Shown here one piece after another: positions 35,401 through 47,400 of a stretch of DNA of 64,000 nucleotides; the stretch's first letter is position 1, and each line of letters opens with the position of its first letter. The notes under the pieces are model-generated. The model had not been told where the DNA came from. It saw nothing but the letters and a program-made list of their open reading frames with translations, and ran no database searches. The position numbers and the translations under genes were made by a program. The stretch is taken from assembly GCF_964355755.1 (NCBI RefSeq), contig NC_092670.1:31670388-31734387 (forward strand), given 5' to 3'. The stretch is from Antedon mediterranea. Taxonomy: Eukaryota > Animalia > Echinodermata.

Positions 35401-38400
35401 CTCCTACGCTACGAGACGACCAAGTTGTGTATTCCGATACAAGCTACGAGAGAAAGACCTCCTACGCTACGAGACGACCCAGTTGTGTATTCCGATACAA
35501 GCTACGAGAGAAAGACCTTCTACGCTACGAGACGACCCAGTTGTGTATTCCGATACAAGCTACGAGAGAAAGACCTCCTACGCTACGAGACGACCAAGTT
35601 GTGTATTCCGATACAAGCTACGAGAGAAAGACCTCCTACGCTACGAGACAACCCAGTTGTGTATTCCGATACAAGCTACGAGAGAAAGACCTCCTACGCT
35701 ACGAGACGACCCAGTTGTGTATTCCGATACAAGCTACGAGAGAAAGACCTCCTACGCTACGAGACGACCCAGTTGTGTATTCCGATACAAGCTACGAGAG
35801 AAAGACCTCCTACGCTACGAGACGACCCAGTTGTGTATTCCGATACAAGCTTACAACCCATGAGTTCAAATAAATAAATCCAAAGGAGTTGATAGCAAAA
35901 ATTAACAACTCGGGTTCATGGGTGCATACGACTACACACTATCACCGTAACAGCGGTGTAACCCCGCAGTTGTTAGTACACCAGGCCGTTAAACTCCGGT
36001 GTTGTGGTTTTTATTGACTGGTGTAAATGGGAAAATCCAACCACCCCGGTGTGCTCTCTCCGGGGTGAAACGAAGCTGAATGTTTTCCGGTGTAGTCGAA
36101 TCTACACCGGAGACACGAAGTGTAAACGGTTTTTGTGGTTCAACACCGAGCTTTTAAAGGGCATTGACGTGAAAATTTAACATGTTGTCACAGAAATACA
36201 ATATATTATGCAAACAAAATAGTTTCTTTTTGCTTAAAATACACTTTTTTGCTTAAAACAATAATTGTACGATATGTTGTGCTGTTCGTTATTTTCTTTT
36301 AAAGGCACAAACAAATTTATGACTTTTCTTTTCTGCTGAAAATATTGAAATGTTCGTGTGCATTCTACCTTACTAGAAAGCCTAAAATAATGTAATATTG
36401 GTGTAACTCTACCCTGGTGGCCGATTCTATGTAGGCCTAGAATTATTGAAAAAGGGAAAAATATATATAATACTGACGTCTCAATGGATAAAAATGATAT
36501 CTTTTTTAGGAACTGAAAAAGTACTATATAATAATTTTCCTTCATTGATACATTGTTATGCTAATTAACAAATACATTTTTTATTTTAAATACTTACGGT
36601 ACCGCAACTACCCTATTTTTACGGCAACCTAACAATTTAGGGCCTATTTAATGTACGTACAGTCTACAAGGCGGAAATGCAGTCATTTTAAAAAGAAAAA
36701 TAATTGTTAGGCCCTAATTTTTAAAATAATAAATAATAACCTTAATAGCCACAAAGAAAATATAACACTGGACTATATTCAAAATTAAATAAATTTTGTG
36801 TAAATTCGGATTATTATGTTTTTATATGAGATTTGTCGATATGTTTCAGTTTTTAAACGTTTAAACCATATAGTCAGTTAAGTTCCACGTGTGCGCTTGC
36901 AATAGTAATTTGATTGACAGCACCGAGGTGATCTATGTAGTGTAAATGGGCGCAACTCGAGTTCATCTCGCAGTTTTTTTGGCTAATGTAAATGGAAATT
37001 GCCTCCGAGTTCAACTCGTGTTCCTCTCTAACGTACATAACGCACAGCAAAGATAGTGTAGTAGGAAGATATCACACATTCTATTCGATCAATGCAAATA
37101 AACGCGAGACACTATGGGCGCATATTTCAAGGGCGCCTCGCACGTCGAGTAGGGATACGAAAAGTAAGAAAGAAGAAATAGGCTATAACAGCAGAATAAT
37201 ATGACTGTAAAATTAAGATTTAATATGAATTAACATATAAAATGTAATGTTATCTTTATAGAAAGTGCAAATGAATCATATTTTTAGGCTTTGGAATAAA
37301 AATGTGTGTTTCAATTACATGGAATTGTTTAGTTACTGGAATATTTACCATATTTTATTTCTTTTATTTTAATGTTTTTGCTTGCAAATCAACTGAACTT
37401 TTTGTATCATTATTATTTACATTGAATTGTTGGACAGGGATAGAGAATTTAATACCTATCTTTAGAAACACTTTTTCTTCATCAGAGTAAATAAATATAT
37501 TCTAGTATTAATAGCAATACAATGTGTATGCCTATATTCCGGCTTTACCACGTTGAAACACCGGTTCTCGTCAGATCACCGAAGTTAAGCGACGTTGGGC
37601 CTGATTAGAGCTTGGATGAGAGACCATCTGGGAATAACGGGTGCTGTATACGGAGCTGGGGTCCCGTTGGGCATTTGAAATCAGCACTGCTGACTCTAAT
37701 GGCAGCCCCTGCATCTAGTATCTGCCTCAGACCTGTGGTCAAGATGGGCACTGGACGAGAGAAGCGCTTGATCAATGTTAGGACCAATCAAGGTGCTTTG
37801 AACAGTCCTGGCTTTGTTTGTATCAAACCTGTTAGTACGAATACGAATACGAATAGAACTTTATTGCAATCGAAAGATTGAAGTTTAACAAAAGCGTTTC
37901 ACTCAGAAAAATAACATGCAAAATAAAAATATAAAAAACATTAAAAAAGGTAGTACAAACAATCAAAAAATTAAAACAAAATTTCAATTAAATATTAATT
38001 AATTAATTAATGTTAAAAACAAGTTTAACTGAAAACATCAGAAAAATGTTATAGGCCTGTAGTATAAAAATTTAAAAATTTTAAAAAATTCTTATAAATT
38101 TCAAAAATTTCAAAAATTTTCAATAATATTTACACACAATGGTACGGAAGGTCGCGGAAACAGAACACTAAATGTTTACCAATTTTGGAATAGTCCGTGA
38201 TTAATAATAAACGTTTTTGAACGGTTAGTTTTAACTCTAGGGATGCAGAACTCACGGAGTCTTCTAAGATTATAAGCAGCAGAAGGAGCCTCCGGTAACA
38301 AATGATTTCATCTGTGACTGGGGTCTTTGATTTTAACGAAAAAATCCTTGCACAGTCGAACACGGCGGTCTTCTAAGGTAGAAAACCCAAGGAAGCTGCG

Positions 38401-41400
38401 GGCATCGAGATAAGTAGCATGCGGAAAAATACATTTAAAGGCCCTTCTCTGAATTTGTTCAAGTTGTTGACTCTGTTGCTTCGTAATATTTGATCCCCAA
38501 ACTGGGGCCGCATATTCTTATATTGGTCTAATGATACTAGTATAAAATTGGTGTGGCGGTGGCGGTAATTATCGCTGTTGGTTTCGATTAAATAAAATAA
38601 AAAAATTATGGTTCCTCTTTGTACTCACCATCAACCCAAATGTTACATACAAAACACATAATGGGTTTGTTTACATTTGATTCATTTTGTGACAAGTGTA
38701 CTAATTTTAGTTGACTACATAAACCACCGTGTCTATTTATTCGTTCTTTTTGATATTTTATAATCTATATATAAATTTACGTAAGGGCAACATTCGGTAA
38801 ATCGCGCGTTATTTCTAGAATGTTTACTCGATGGTATATAAAGTTGTAACCACCTGATGTAACCCTGTTTACTAATTAAATTTAGTTAGTGTAAAGTTTG
38901 ACTTTATATCTTGTTTAATGGTTTAGCGCCCTCTCTAGTTCTAGATAATAAGAGTGGGTCAGAGGTCATGTTGACCATGTGAATCTTTGAATTGGTGATT
39001 GATACGCACATCTTATGAGAATTCCCGTGAAATATAACCTTAATGTAGACGTAATAGTGTAAGTTCTTTGAGTAGTGCATTCACTGTATTGTACTTTGAT
39101 ATTATTATATACTGTAGCTCTAATGAGTTTTTTGTCTAGTTTGCTTTTGGGAGCTTTATACAGTGGTCTAGGCCTAGCTTTATGCATGTGTTTATGTAAT
39201 TTGTTATTGTTGTTGCAGATTTCGAACATCTGATCATTGTTGAATTAAAGTTGTTTGGAAACGTTAACGTGTGACACGGGTCTTCTTTACATTCGAAATA
39301 CTGTGTTCTACGTGCACAGTGAGAAGTGACAGCACTCTGCTGACCTGTTTATGAACCTGCTCATCACGCACTCAAGTTACCGTTCTTTCGGTGTGATACC
39401 AATATTTGACTGCGCCAGGAGCTACATCCTTGCATTACTGTATACACAGAACTGTATTCACTTGAATCACCGACTTTAATTTTATTCTATAAAACATGGC
39501 TGACCCCGATTATAAGAAATTGAGACGTATTGCCAAGGGACGTTTTACAAGAATTTGTAATTCTATCGTCGCCGCAATTGACCAGAATAAAACAATAGAA
39601 TATGTACATATGCTGAATGCTGACTTGAAGGAAGCCTGGAAATCAGTAAACGATCGACATGAATCAGTAGTTTTACAGTCTGCAAAGGACGAAGAGGAGA
39701 ATGAGAATTGGATTGGCCAACTAGAGAAGACATATGATGAAGTAAGAGAAATGATACTTAGACACAAAACACGCATTAATGAACAGCACATAGATTCTGA
39801 GGCAATTGACAGAAGGCATCTGCAGGAGGAAGAAGTCCAAATATCAGCAATGAGAGCGAAAAACGTTCGTAGCATACAACATGATGATTTTCAACAACTT
39901 TGCGATCAGATAATCCAATTGATTAACAAGAATTCTGTTGAGGGTGTTAAAGCTGCAAGGGCTGACCTTGTAAAATTGATGGAAGACGTAAAAACTGCAC
40001 ATATGCAATACGTTTCCATGCTTCCCAATGAAGAGGCAATAAATGAAAATCTGTGGCTCCAGTCAGTACGTGATAAGTACGGCGAGACCAGTAGTGCTGT
40101 TGCTATATTTTTGGAGCACCTCGACAAAAGCAAAACTCAGAAGACAGTAGATGAAAAGAGAAAAGGCGGTATACAATTGGAAAAAATGCGATTGCCAACC
40201 TTTGACGGAGATGTAAGGGCCTACCCTAGATTCAAAACAGACTTTCTAAAATTCATTTTGCCTGAGACCACAAGGGATCAAGCAGCATTCGTTTTGCGGA
40301 AATCTCTTGGAGAGAAACCTCTACAAGTTGTAGGCGCCGTAGATGATGATATCAACGAAATATGGAAGCGATTGGATGAGCGGTATGGCGACCCAATAAA
40401 ATTAGCAGATGCCGTTATGCATGACTTTGAAAGTATCGACTCACTCAAAGACGGAGACGACAAAAGATTTGTTGAGTTTGTCGACATCATCGAGAGAGGT
40501 CATAATGACCTACGGAAATTAGGAATGGAGAAGGAAATGTCCAACACCAGAGTGGTTAGTGACATTGAGAGGAGATTGCCACCTGCTATTCGAAGAGAAT
40601 GGTCACGGTCATTATATGATGAAAAAGCAGTAATTGATAGAACTGACAGATTTCCTGCGCTTCTTAAATTTTTAGTGAGGGAAAAGAAAAGTGTAGAATA
40701 CGAAGTGTCGGGAGTGAGATCGAAGCCGTCTTCGTGCTTTACCATTAACACCACAAACATTGAAGAGAGAAACGACGCACCCAAATCTGAAAACAACAAG
40801 AACTGCTTAGTCCATGACATGGGCCAGCATACCACGCCTGAATGCCGGGCTTACATTGCAATGAACCTATCTGACAAAACACAACTTGTTAGGGCCAAGG
40901 GTGCATGTTTTGGCTGCCTAGTAAGAGGGCATCGTATAGCTGAATGCAAAAACAAACGACAATGTGGTGTATCTGAATGTTCACGCTTACACCACTCAAG
41001 CCTACATGACGATACTGTTGGAGACAATAGTCAACCCAAAACAACATTAAATCACCACACGGGGGTCGCCACTTCTAAACAAACTGGAGCCTGCCTTTTG
41101 CAGTTGATGAGCATAAAGGTGGGAGCTGGGCATATGAATGTCTTGTTTGATGGCTGTGCAACGGCATCTCTCGTAACAAACAAATCGGCAAGGGCAGCCA
41201 AGCTTAAGGGTCAGCCTCTGAAAATTGCCATTACGAAGATTGGAGGACTAACAGAGGAAATAGACAGTTTCCATTATATTGTACCTCTAATCGACAAACA
41301 GGGATCCGTGATCAACATATCTGCATACGGTATTGACCAGATTACGTCAAATATAGAATGCATAGCAGTGCAGCATGTAGTGGGACTATTCAGTAAAGTC

Positions 41401-44400
41401 CGATTTGAAGAGATCAAGCGACCAACTGGCCAAGTTGACTTGCTTGTAGGATACGAGTACGCAGGTTATCACCCAATAAGAATGGAAGCTGCGGAACATC
41501 TACTTTTGCTCGAGAACCGATTTGGAAAATGCTTGGGCGGTTCACATCCAACCCTAAAAGAAAATACAACAACGCTTGTAAAGACTGCAGCATTAATACA
41601 TCATGTTACAACTTGCAGTTTGGATTCATTTATTAAGATGGCAGGAATGGGTGTTCAGTGCAACCCTCAATGTGGTAGCTGTCGTTGTGGGAGATGTCCC
41701 GTTGGCGCAAAGGAATACACACTGAAGGAAGAAAGGGAATTGGCGTTGATCGAGAAAAATCTCAAATTTTGTGGTTCTCATGGGATTGCAGAATATCCCT
41801 GGATTAAAGACCCAGCTGAATTGCCAAATAATCGAAACGCCGCACTTTTCGCTCTAAAATCTCTTGAGAATAGGTTAAAAAAGGATCCAGAGAAGGCTGT
41901 TGCATACAACACGAAAATGAAAAACATGTATAAAATGAAAAAAATTGCCGGCGCTTTAAATGTTCTAACAGCAAATGACATCAATGAAGCCGAACTCTTG
42001 TGGATTATCGAGTGCCAAAAACCAATAATGGACATGCTCATAAACAATGAAAAACGATTCGATGACCAGTATGCTAAACTATCACCTAGAGTACAAGATG
42101 ATGGTGTGATTGTAGTAGGAGCTCGTGCGCAGAGGCATATTAACTTTAGCTACAACAACCAAGAAGTACCGCTATTGACAGCAAACCATCGATTTTCGAA
42201 ACTATATGTTACACATGCACATAATAGGAGTCATTGTGGTGTACAGTCTACCGTATCCCTTGTTCGTTTGAGGTATTGGATTCTGAATTTACAGAGATTA
42301 GCCAAAAGCATCAGACACCATTGTGTTCCTTGTAGGAAGAGAGAGAAAGACATGTCCGGACAACAGATGGGACAATTACCTATTGAGCGATTGAAGCCCT
42401 CTCCACCATGGTCATTCATCGGTGTTGACTTGTTTGGTCCATTTATAACTCGTGGCGAAGTAAACAAGAGAGCAAGAGGAAAAGCTTATGGAATCATATT
42501 CACCTGTTTTGTTACTCAAGCCGTATATCTAGACCTTGCCACGGACTACAGCACAACTGGATTTCTACAAGCATTTCGTAGATTTGTGTCCATAAGAGGA
42601 TACCCCACTGAGATATACAATCAATTAGTTTCTGCTTCGAAGGAGTTAAAAGGGGTAATTGACGGATGGCAGGAGAGTGATCTTCATGATTTCGGCATCA
42701 CCAAAGGTACTACTTGGAAGTTTTCAGCCGCGGATTTTCCCTGGCAAAATGGAGTAACAGAGATACTGAACAAAGGTATAAAGAAAGGTATACATCATGC
42801 CATTGGTGGACAAGTTCTTCCATTTAACGAATTACAAACCGTGCTATTTGAGGTAGCCAACTTGGTTAACGAAAGGCCAATTGGGAGACATCCAACCGAT
42901 CCCGAAGATGGGGCATACTTATGTCCAAATACGATTTTATTGGGACGTGCTACAACCAGAGTACCGAGTGGACCATGGAGAGCTACCAATAACATTAGAA
43001 ACCGTATCGAATTTGTACAAAGCTTAATAAAGTCTTTCTGGGTTAAATGGAACAGAGATTACTTCCCATCATTAATAGTTAGACAAAAATGGCATCATGA
43101 GAAGAGAAATATGCAGATCGGAGATGTCGTGTTGGTGCAGGATAGCAACACCGCCCGTGGGAAATGGAGGATGGGATTGGGTTCCAGTGTGTATCCAGAC
43201 ATAAACGGAAAAGTGAGAACGGTGCAAGTTGAATTAAGAAATGAAGATAGAAATGCGAAGCAGACTGTAACTCGTGCAGACGGCATTAATGAATAGTTTG
43301 TTTCGTGGGGCGGAATGTAAAGTTTGACTTTATATCTTGTTTAATGGTTTAGCGCCCTCTCTAGTTCTAGATAATAAGAGTGGGTCAGAGGTCATGTTGA
43401 CCATGTGAATCTTTGAATTGGTGATTGATACGCACATCTTATGAGAATTCCCGTGAAATATAACCTTAATGTAGACGTAATAGTGTAAGTTCTTTGAGTA
43501 GTGCATTCACTGTATTGTACTTTGATATTATTATATACTGTAGCTCTAATGAGTTTTTTGTCTAGTTTGCTTTTGGGAGCTTTATACAGTGGTCTAGGCC
43601 TAGCTTTATGCATGTGTTTATGTAATTTGTTATTGTTGTTGCAGATTTCGAACATCTGATCATTGTTGAATTAAAGTTGTTTGGAAACGTTAACGTGTGA
43701 CACGGGTCTTCTTTACAGTTAGGTAATTAGTTATTGACGATTAAAACGAATTTAGGTTCAACGATTTGCCCCAAATAGGGGTGTTTTCCGATCGTGGTAT
43801 ACACTGTCTAATGCATGTCCATCGTGAAAAATACCCGCATACAATAATACGAGGATGCTTCGCATTTTCCTATCTCCTCCTGTCTCCCTACGATAACTGT
43901 TTTTAATGGCTGAAAACCGGTTGAACAGCTCGAGTACAGCATCATAATGTTGAAGACAGGCCGATTTTCTTTAAAAAATACTATTTTGATAGATTTAATA
44001 TACGTTTATACAAATGTATTGATTTGCAATGAATGGAACATTCCAAATTATTTGGTTTAACAATACTTGCATACCTCCATGGTTTAACACAAGTAGGTAC
44101 ATTTATAGACCCTTGGAGAATAAACAGAAATAGTATTGTAATGCTATACAATACTGCAAATAGGTATTAACCACTTTTGATCTCCATTTGAATCAAAAGT
44201 GTTTTGGTACTGTTGATATAATATAAACAAATATACTAATAAACTTTATCACTGTGAGTGTGGGTAGCCCTTACTTTTAGATTATAAACACATAATAATA
44301 TAATACTTTATTACTGACAGTTGCTTCTCAACGTTTGTATTAATTAATAATTACAAAAATATAAACGTGGCAGTGGTCTTTAAATCTACTTTACTATTAA

Positions 44401-47400
44401 TTCAATCGACAATGAGACAGTGACAGTTTTAATAAAGCATTAAATCGGAAATGTTTTACTCTATTTAGTGGTATATTATTTATAGGCCTATAAAAAAATG
44501 TATTTTGTTACTGAGTGGATAATTAAGAAATATACAGAATAATTTAATATAAAGAATATATTAAAAAATTGTTCCTCTTTGTACTTATCCTCATCCCCAA
44601 CGCTCAACTCTAATGTTAGATACAAAACCCTAAACTCTAATAGATACAAAATTGGGTTTGTTTAAAATGAGTCCAAATAACAAATTTGAACACATTTTGT
44701 GACAAGTTTGTAGGTGCTAATTTTGGTTGACTACATAAATCATTGTGTCTATTTATTTGTTTCTGTAAACGACAATGTTTTATAGTCCTGCCGTACGTAC
44801 ATTGGAAATCGCAAGTTTTTTTACGCTGAAATTACTATGTATTCGAGAACCATCTAGTAATCTATATATAAATTTACGTAAGGGCAAAAATCGGTAAATC
44901 GCGCGTTATTTCTAGAATGTTTACTCGATGGTATATACAGTTGGTTCATACTTTCGGTACTGATTTTAACCAGCTGATGTAACCCTGTTTACTAATTAAA
45001 TTGAGTTCGATAATTAGTTATTGACGATTAAAACGAATTTAGGTTCAACGATTTGCCCTAAATAGGGGTGTTTTCTGATCGTGGTATACACTGTCTAATG
45101 GATGTCAATTTGAAAAATACCTGCACACGATAATACGAGGACACTTCGCATTTTCCTATCTCCTCCTACGATAATTGTTTTTAATAGCTGAAAACCGGTT
45201 GAACAGTTCGAGTACAGTATCATAATGTTGTTGATTTTTCTTAAAAAATGCTATTTTGATAGATTTAATATAGGTTTATACAAATGTATTGATTTGCGAT
45301 GAATGGAACATTCCAATCTCTGTTCCACAAGTGTCTATTCCCTCAGGCGTCGTAACGGCAAGTACTGTATTCTCATAACAGAAATTCGATCAATTTTTTT
45401 TTCAATCTGTGCTGCTGCAGAGGTTGGATATAGATTTTTTTAACGGATAATGAGCTAGCGTTTTCAGTCGCCGTATATTATGTACAGATCTTTATTATTG
45501 CAGTTAAACCACCCCGGGAACCACCCACATCATCACCCTTCCCTCACTGGCATGAGTAGCGTTGTTGTAAAGCCAGTAGAGGATAGGCCTACGGTGGTAC
45601 GAAGGAGCAACAACAACTTTGGTGGGTAGGGTAGGAACCAACTTAAGTATGAATTGGCTCTAGAAACAATTGAAAACCATTAGGCCTACTAATTAAGTTG
45701 AGTTAGATAATTTAATATTTATTAACGATTAAATCAAATTTATGATTTGCCCCGAATAGAGGTGGTTTTCACAAATTGTTTAACATTATATAAACATATA
45801 TACGTCGTAGTGTATCGTTACATTACTGTACTATTTCAATCGACTAGGACGGTGATAGTTTCAACAAAGTAATTACATCGCAATGTTTTACTGTGTTTAG
45901 TGGTATATTATTTGTAAAACATGAAAACAATTAATATTTCGTTACTAAATGGATAAAAGAATATATTTAAAAATTGTTCCTCTTTGCACCCATTCTCTTC
46001 CCCATCCCTCAACCCATAATGTTACATACAAAACACAAATTAAGTTTGTTTAAATTTGACTTAAACAATTGGTTTCATTTTGTGACAATTTTTCTCTTTC
46101 GGAAGTAATTCCCAGGGTGCTAATTTTAGTTGAGCACATAAATCACAGTGTCTATTTATTTATTCGTTCCTGTAAACGACATGTATTATTGTCCTGCATT
46201 ATTGTACATTTGAAATCACCAGTTTTTTAACGCTGAAATTATAATGTATTCGAGAACTATCTGTGGGCACGACCTAGATGATACGCGAGCGAAGCGAGCG
46301 TACCATCTAGTCTATATATAAATTTACGTAAGGGCAAAATTCGGTAAATCGCGCGTTATTTCTAGAATGTTTACTCGATGGTATATAAAGTTGGTTCGTA
46401 CTTTCGGTACTGATTTTAACCGCCTGATGTAACCCTGTTTACTAATTAAATTGAGTTTGATAATTAGTTATTGACGATTAAAACGAATTTAGGTTCAACG
46501 ATTTGCCCCAAATAGGGGTGTTTTTCGATCGTGGTATACACTGTCTAATGGATGTCCGTCTTGAAAAATACCCGCAGACGATAATACGAGGATGCTTCGC
46601 ATTTTCCTATCTCCTCCTACGATAATTGTTTTTAATGGCTGAAAACCGGTTGAACAGCTCGAGTACAGCTGAAGACAGGCCGATTTTCTTAAAAAAATAC
46701 TATTTTGATAGATTTAATATACGTTTATACAAATGTATAGATTTGCGATGAATGGAACATTCCAATCTCTGTTCCACAAGTGTCTATTCCCTCAGGCGTC
46801 GTAAAGGCAAGTTCTGTATACTCATAACAGAAATTCGATCCATTTTTTTTTCAATCTGTGCTGCAGAGGTTGGATATAAATTTTTTTTAAACGGATAAAG
46901 AGCTAGCGTTTTCACTCGCCGTATATTATGTATAAATCTTTATTATTGCAGTTGAACCACCCACATCATAACCCTTCCCTTACTGGCATGAGTAGCGTTG
47001 TAAAACCAGTAGAGGATAGGCCTACGGTACATCACATGCCCTAAACGCAGAACAACTTTGGTGGGTAGGGTAGGAACCAACTTAAGTATGAATTGGCTCT
47101 AGGAAACAATTGAAAACCATTAGGCCTACTAATTAAGTTGAGTTAGATAATTTAATATTTATTGACGATTAAATCGAATTTATGATTTTCCCCGAATAGA
47201 GGTGGTTTTCACAAATTGTTTTACATTATATAAACATATACACGTCGTAGTGATGTATCGTTACATGTAGGGGCTACTGTACTATTTCAATCGACTAGGA
47301 CGGTGATAGTTTCAACAAAGTATTACATCGCAATGTTTTACTGTGTTTAGTGGTATATTATTTGTTGTAAAACATGAAAACAATAATAATAATAATAATA

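Larger units (their letters stand above)
38890..43717 (+). mobile_element. BEL/Pao LTR retrotransposon, non-autonomous (RT/RNase H deleted)
   Basis: 402-bp LTRs with TGTAAAG...CTTTACA termini, 5-bp TSD gttag (38885-38889, 43718-43722), PPT ggggcggaa before the 3' LTR. Confidence 0.95.

Noticed and set aside
35267-35851. CRISPR array
   Set aside because: Contiguous near-identical 58-bp units with no unique spacers, no cas genes, eukaryotic context
35106-35877. Three overlapping 200-255 aa ORFs as protein genes
   Set aside because: Produced by a stop-free minisatellite inside an intron of the opposite-strand gene
37530-37648. Functional 5S rRNA gene
   Set aside because: Several substitutions and indels, altered 5' end, no oligo-T terminator, single copy fused to unrelated sequence
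38966-43655. Duplicated 87-aa minus-strand ORFs (38966-39229, 43392-43655)
   Set aside because: Antisense readings of the two LTRs
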